Below are positions 58,595 through 64,000 of a stretch of DNA of 64,000 bases, one piece after another; the stretch's first letter is position 1; every line of letters starts with the position of its first letter. Location of the stretch: assembly GCA_937625935.1 (NCBI GenBank), contig OW569395.1, positions 124,001 to 188,000 on the forward strand. The letters are read 5' to 3'. Origin of the DNA: Tetramitus jugosus. Taxonomy: Eukaryota > Protista > Heterolobosea. Position numbers and translations under genes: made by a program. The notes under the pieces were generated by a model. It had not been told where the DNA came from and searched no databases. It saw only the letters and a list, made by a program, of their open reading frames with translations.

Positions 58595-58920
58595 AAATGA
58601 ATTCAAAGTCTCATGCAATGTGTGTGGACATACTGTTTGAGATACTCTCTTGTGAATAATAAAATGAGTTCTTCGCTCACATCCAGTACCATTGAACCTT
58701 TTGGTTGTGCTTCACAATGACTCATTCATGCTTGTGGCGTTCCAGTCCTTATGTTGTCAGAAAGATAGAGAATGCTTCATCTACCATCTACTCATACTGG
58801 CACTGAACAAACAACAAGTGTATTGTGCAAGTGTGGTTGTCCTACTCCAGATCTTATAGTGGCTCATCAAGGACAGTTGAATGAAAGAAAAATGAGGTGA
58901 ACAGGATTGTGGAATTTTTT

Positions 58921-60078
58921 TTATTGGCCCCAGATTTCACTCACATCCAGATAGAGAGGTACAGGATAAGGCCAAACGAGTTCAGATTCTAGGGTCACCT
59001 GAACGGACGAATCGAATATGTACATAAACTCTTGAATCGTGAAACTGTCTTGACATTGAGAGACAAGCAGCTCTATCGAAGATTCACTAGGTATCATAGC
59101 AGAATGTTTCTGTAACATGGATTCAAAGAAGAGAGTGATCTGAATTGTTCCTAACAACTTGATCTCTTCTGCAACGAACAAGAGCTGGTTTAAAAGACGG
59201 TGAATCCTCACAATCCAACTCACACCTGATGTAGAATCTATATTTTTTGTTTGAAGTTGATCCTTCTGGCTCACATCGTTTTTACTCCTTTGGCGAGTCA
59301 ACTGGTTTCTCTTACTGTTTTTTGTTGTATCAACTACTGCATCCTCTTCTCCACTCACCTCATCCCCTTCGTCATCATCGTCTTCGTCGCTAGATGCATC
59401 TTGATTCGACATTAATTTAACACTGGGTAGTTCTCTGCATGACCATATTGGAAAACTCACACCCTTTCCAAAGTCCTCAGTGAACAACAAGATTTTTACA
59501 TTTAGAATCCGAGCAATCCTCTGATTGCGAATCTGATTCAAGTAATCTCCATGACTCATAGTAGAACACTTGTTCTCTTCTTCATCTTGGCTCACTCTCA
59601 AGAATTCTTCTAGTTCCTGTTGATCCTTGTTCAGAGCTCTCAAGAAGTCCTTAACGTTTTGTGTTGTGGATTCAAGGATATGAACCACATATTGATCCGA
59701 TTCGTACAATAAACCAAAGAAATCTTCTTCCTTGTGCCCACTCTCTTCAAACAGTTGAACATGATACTGCTTGACACTGTTGGAATTATGATAACCACTA
59801 CTTGTTCCAACACTCAATGAAGAGTAATTGTTTCCATCGAGAGCAGCGCCCACCGAACCATAACTACTACTCAAAATTGGTGGAGAATTAACAGAATTGT
59901 TGTTGCCGGTTCCACCACCACTCTGTTTCGGTAACACTTTTTGAGAAACGTACAACAATCGGGCATAAATTTTGGGATCTTGTTGCTTGTCATACTCACT
60001 CATGACTACATCCAACAAGGAATTTCTCGGGATTTCATCATATGAAAAGCTTGTACCATGTGTCTTGTTCGACTTCAT
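58921..60078 (-). CDS. TEX47-like (BLUF-fold-like) protein
   Basis: RLLYVS..FFGLLYESDQYVVHILES..VKILLFTED..FPIW, and C-terminal FTIQEFMYIFDSSVQVTLESELVWP. Confidence 0.6.
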   Translation of the reverse strand: MKSNKTHGTSFSYDEIPRNSLLDVVMSEYDKQQDPKIYARLLYVSQKVLPKQSGGGTGNNNSVNSPPILSSSYGSVGAALDGNNYSSLSVGTSSGYHNSNSVKQYHVQLFEESGHKEEDFFGLLYESDQYVVHILESTTQNVKDFLRALNKDQQELEEFLRVSQDEEENKCSTMSHGDYLNQIRNQRIARILNVKILLFTEDFGKGVSFPIWSCRELPSVKLMSNQDASSDEDDDDEGDEVSGEEDAVVDTTKNSKRNQLTRQRSKNDVSQKDQLQTKNIDSTSGVSWIVRIHRLLNQLLFVAEEIKLLGTIQITLFFESMLQKHSAMIPSESSIELLVSQCQDSFTIQEFMYIFDSSVQVTLESELVWPYPVPLYLDVSEIWGQ

Positions 60079-60255
60079 TCTGTCAATTCGAAATCATCAC
60101 TCTTCCCAGAAAAATTGACAATTTTGATCAGTCGTAAATCACTATTTTTCCCGCCATCTAGCCAAACGACTGTTCAACCCATTTGTTGAATGTTCAAAAA
60201 TTGTGAAAAGAAGAAAACGCAACAAAAAAAACCAACAACAATAACAAACATTATC

Positions 60256-63021
60256 ATGAGCAACAACGTTCGTTCATTTTCCAAGGGCAATAAAGCTCGA
60301 GAAACCATTTCTCTCCTTCAATCCAATAATATTTCTCCGACTCACTCCAAAACGAGCAAAGCAACATCAAATGCAACATGGTACAAGTATGGATTAGATA
60401 AGCGATTGTTGAGTGCCATTTCAAAGTTGGGTTTCTATGAACCAACACCCATTCAATCCTCCACACTCGAGCACATTATCAGCGGAAAAAATGTTTTGGC
60501 GCGCGCCAAAACTGGATCGGGAAAAACCGCCGCGTATGCCATTCCCGCCATTCAACATTTACTGGAAAAAGCAAAGGTCTTTTCAAAGAATACCACAGCA
60601 GCAAATGATCGAGCAACAACAACGACAACCAACAACAATACAACAATCACTCACTCAAACAACAATGGTGGTGTACATTGCTTGTTTCTCGTGCCTAGTC
60701 ATGAACTGTGCATTCAAGTGTTGAGTCACTTGAAAGAATTGACCATGTTTTGCTCTGAATCCATTCAAATTGTTCATTTACTAGGCAATCACACCATTAA
60801 CAGCAGCAATAACCACTCTTCTACTACTGCTACTGCTACTACTACTACTATCATGCACGAGAAGAAACAACAAAACAACAAAAATCATCACTCATCATCC
60901 TCATCATCATCCATCATGACCAAACAAGTTCACCACACCATACAGAACCACAGTTGTATTCTTGTCTGTACATTGGATGATCTGATGAATGACTATACTG
61001 TTCTATCTTCACTCAAGAGAACATTGGAGTTGTTGATTATTGATGAAGCAGACTACTTTTTTTCATCATCGTCATCATCATTATTACAACAACATGTGAA
61101 TACCAATAACAATAACAACAATTATCAGAGCATGGAAACCATTTTGCAAAAAATGGTAGTGGAACATTTTCCAAGTTATTTCCAATGTGTCATGATGAGT
61201 GCAACGATTAATCGATTTTCTCAATTGAAGTCATCATCTACTTCATCATCATTTGTGTTTGACAAGTTGTTGCACAATCATTATTGCATTATCGATATTC
61301 CATTGTTGGCATCTTCTTCCTCTTGCAACGATCATTCCATTTATTTTTATGATTCAATTGAGCAGTACATGAAGCATGAACCATCCTCGAATGCATCATC
61401 AAACAACAAGAGAAACAAGGATGCTAATGAGCAAGATGAGAAGAAGACTAAGGAGACAACAAGTGCTGCTGATGATGATGATGAAACAAGCAATGTGAAG
61501 AAGACTGAAAATACGGATGAGGACGAGAGGAACAAGACATTGAAACAACTGTTTGTCAACACGTTGAACGGTCACAGTGTCAATGATGCCATCATTGATA
61601 AGCTCGTTTTCCTGTTTTACTTTTTGTTCTACAAGTTCAAGGGCGGTAAAGTCATCATCTTTGTCAATAGCAATCGCAACGAAGATGATCCAACAAGGAG
61701 CTCAAAGCAACAACAGCAAAACATTCACAACAGTAATCAACTGGTGTACGTGTTGAATCACATTCTGAGGAGAATGGGATTTGAAAAATGTGTTGCCTTG
61801 ACAAGTGATTATCCATTGTTGAGTCGATGTGATATTGTGAGACAATTGAATCAAGGTGAGATTCAAATTTGTGTCACAACAGATGCAGATTATCACTCGA
61901 TGAACAACTCCAATCAGAAGAAGAAGAAGGGTGACAAGTCTGTTGCCGATGGATTGACCAAGCAATACAGAAACCGATTCTTGAAGATTGAACAAGAAAC
62001 GAAACAGTATTCAGTATCGTCTGCTAGCAGCGATAAGTCAAGTGAAAATGCTGAAAGTAACAAATCGTCGTCTGCTGTCGAGTTGTTTGACATGTCCAGA
62101 GGTATCGATTTTCAACACGTTGCCGCTGTGATCAATTTCGATGTACCAAACACACCTGAAATGTACATTCACAGAATTGGTCGAACGGCTCGTGCAGGAA
62201 AGTTGGGTGTTGCTGTTTCGTTGCTTCACTACGATGAACCTGATTATCGACAATCACTGGTCGATGACAACAAGGACAAGACCAGTCAGGAACAACAGAA
62301 GAAAGCAGAGCAGTCACAAAAGTTTACTGACAAGTTGAGATGGAACAATATTGTCAAGCACATGTACGAAACAGAGTACAAGATGACCAATCATCATGAT
62401 GATGATGATCAAGCCAAGAGCATCTTTGAAATGGAACAATTGATGAAAGTATCAGAGTATCCCGATATTGTGCTCAGCGAAGTCGAAGCAGCACGGTACC
62501 GTATTTCTGATCTCTACCGTCAATCACTGAAGATGGGTAACAAGATCAAACTGGACTCTATCAAATCAGAAATTCACAATGCCGAGTTGCTCAGTGCTCA
62601 ATCACAAATGAGCACGACTCACGATAGAGCAATGAATGCTGTTGTTGCTTCATCTATTGGTGCTCGTGTGAATCACTTTGTCGTCGGTGAATCCGAGTAT
62701 GAAGACGTGCCGAGCTATTTGGATGTCAAGGGTGAGAAAGACAAGTACCTCTCACAGTCTAATCTACTTGGTGATCGTGCGGCACAACAGTCCATGAAGT
62801 TGAACGAGCTTGTCGATCAGAAATCAAAGAGAAAGAAGAGACGAGAAGATCCGTTGTTCCAATTCGATGCACCAGAGAGGAAGAAGAAGCTTGAGGAGAA
62901 GAGACATGCCAAAGACAGAGAGATGATGCACAAGGAAGTCATGAAACACAAGCGAAAGATGGGTCAGGTGTACGGTGACATGAATCCTCACAACAAAAAG
63001 TCCAAGAAGAATCATTCATAA
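60256..63021 (+). CDS. DEAD-box RNA helicase, DBP9/DDX56-like
   Basis: [51 protein letters not shown]. Confidence 0.88.
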   Translation: MSNNVRSFSKGNKARETISLLQSNNISPTHSKTSKATSNATWYKYGLDKRLLSAISKLGFYEPTPIQSSTLEHIISGKNVLARAKTGSGKTAAYAIPAIQHLLEKAKVFSKNTTAANDRATTTTTNNNTTITHSNNNGGVHCLFLVPSHELCIQVLSHLKELTMFCSESIQIVHLLGNHTINSSNNHSSTTATATTTTIMHEKKQQNNKNHHSSSSSSSIMTKQVHHTIQNHSCILVCTLDDLMNDYTVLSSLKRTLELLIIDEADYFFSSSSSSLLQQHVNTNNNNNNYQSMETILQKMVVEHFPSYFQCVMMSATINRFSQLKSSSTSSSFVFDKLLHNHYCIIDIPLLASSSSCNDHSIYFYDSIEQYMKHEPSSNASSNNKRNKDANEQDEKKTKETTSAADDDDETSNVKKTENTDEDERNKTLKQLFVNTLNGHSVNDAIIDKLVFLFYFLFYKFKGGKVIIFVNSNRNEDDPTRSSKQQQQNIHNSNQLVYVLNHILRRMGFEKCVALTSDYPLLSRCDIVRQLNQGEIQICVTTDADYHSMNNSNQKKKKGDKSVADGLTKQYRNRFLKIEQETKQYSVSSASSDKSSENAESNKSSSAVELFDMSRGIDFQHVAAVINFDVPNTPEMYIHRIGRTARAGKLGVAVSLLHYDEPDYRQSLVDDNKDKTSQEQQKKAEQSQKFTDKLRWNNIVKHMYETEYKMTNHHDDDDQAKSIFEMEQLMKVSEYPDIVLSEVEAARYRISDLYRQSLKMGNKIKLDSIKSEIHNAELLSAQSQMSTTHDRAMNAVVASSIGARVNHFVVGESEYEDVPSYLDVKGEKDKYLSQSNLLGDRAAQQSMKLNELVDQKSKRKKRREDPLFQFDAPERKKKLEEKRHAKDREMMHKEVMKHKRKMGQVYGDMNPHNKKSKKNHS

Positions 63022-63063
63022 ACAGTTGTGACGAAATTAATTTAGCAAATATAATTATTATTG

Positions 63064-64000
63064 TTATGGTGAAGCAGAGGTCGTGTCTTCGACAGTTTCC
63101 CCAGACCCAGATGAAGTTGATGAGATAATGTTGCTCACATCCTGCTCGGTCAATCCAGAAACATACATGACAGCACCTTCGAGACATGTCAAATAATAAA
63201 CCAACTCTGGCTTTTCTTCTCTCTCCTCTGGACTCATAAACTTGGCCATGAGAGCCAAGTTGGTATGAATAAAGGACAGTGAGGCTCTCGAAACAACATA
63301 CACTAACAGAGGGATCAGTTCATCAGCACCAAATGTGAAATCCTTATTCTTGAGTTCACACTGCGCCTTTGCAATCAGATGAATCTGCTTTGAACACACG
63401 TGCACACAGTGAAGCATATCACTAGGGACAGTGCAATAGGAAATACAGCTCAATATATCAATAGGAACGGCATATGGCTCCGTTATGGACTGAATCTCAT
63501 TCTGTTTCTCCAACAACTCGGCACTGATATCATCGCCATCATTGTTGATGGGCAGGAATCTCTGTGCAACACCCAACTGTTCAGCAGTCAAGCTTGCCAC
63601 CATTTTTTGCTGAGTGCAGAATTGATTGTTGTCATAGTCATTTCTTATTGACTCCACATGATCAATCTCGCTCGCAATCACACTTCCGAAAATAAAGTAA
63701 TGAACGAGGTACCGCAGAACTTTCAATGTTCTTGCATCACGTGCAATGCTCGATTTCTTGTTCAATGTTAATCCGTTCAACTTGTTGATATAGTTGACAA
63801 AGCTTGATGCATATTCCACGAGTTCTGCTGATGGAACACGATCGAATCCAACATTGTTCACTTCATTTACAAATGTTCGAATAGATTGACCCTCGGCACT
63901 TCTAACATCACCCACGATACAATTGAACTCGTCCTGCAACCGCGTTCTGTCCACATGTGCCAACACATCTTCAATGAACTCTGAACAATTATTTAAAATC
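63064..64000 (-). CDS. VPS9-domain Rab5-family GEF (5' partial)
   Basis: FGADELIPLLVYVV..ELVYYLTCLEGAVMYV. Confidence 0.88.
   Translation of the reverse strand, partial: ILNNCSEFIEDVLAHVDRTRLQDEFNCIVGDVRSAEGQSIRTFVNEVNNVGFDRVPSAELVEYASSFVNYINKLNGLTLNKKSSIARDARTLKVLRYLVHYFIFGSVIASEIDHVESIRNDYDNNQFCTQQKMVASLTAEQLGVAQRFLPINNDGDDISAELLEKQNEIQSITEPYAVPIDILSCISYCTVPSDMLHCVHVCSKQIHLIAKAQCELKNKDFTFGADELIPLLVYVVSRASLSFIHTNLALMAKFMSPEEREEKPELVYYLTCLEGAVMYVSGLTEQDVSNIISSTSSGSGETVEDTTSASP

Noticed and set aside
1-64000. CRISPR arrays, prokaryotic operons, intact transposons
   Set aside because: No repeat-spacer arrays, LTRs/TIRs or intact transposase/RT were seen; repeats are coding microsatellites.

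Overview
Gene-dense, intron-poor eukaryotic nuclear DNA in the standard genetic code, with short GT-AG introns. The genes for IFT54, DNAAF2 and a TEX47-like protein imply a flagellate-capable protist. The compact layout and 7TM-RGS fusion suggest a heterolobosean (Naegleria-like) organism, but that is inference. There are about 30 protein genes, including a GPS-7TM-RGS receptor, ankyrin proteins, a herpes-tegument-like (VTD) deubiquitinase, a MADS-box factor, thermospermine synthase, MTO1/MnmG, a PIWI-clade Argonaute with intact DEDH tetrad, GluRS, RCC1-BTB, an FCP1-like phosphatase, kelch-RGS, an importin, NC2-alpha, WDR54, a cAMP-receptor-like GPCR, a kinesin, WDR13, a DBP9-like helicase and a VPS9 protein. 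Three RNA genes missing from the ORF track are readable directly: tRNA-Ile(AAU), U1 snRNA and a solitary 5S rRNA. The most striking unexplained signal is a ~530 nt run of about nine back-to-back stem-loops, including one ~120 nt pre-miRNA-like hairpin, directly upstream of and co-oriented with the PIWI gene. All family calls are by-eye motif recognition; no searches or folding programs were run.
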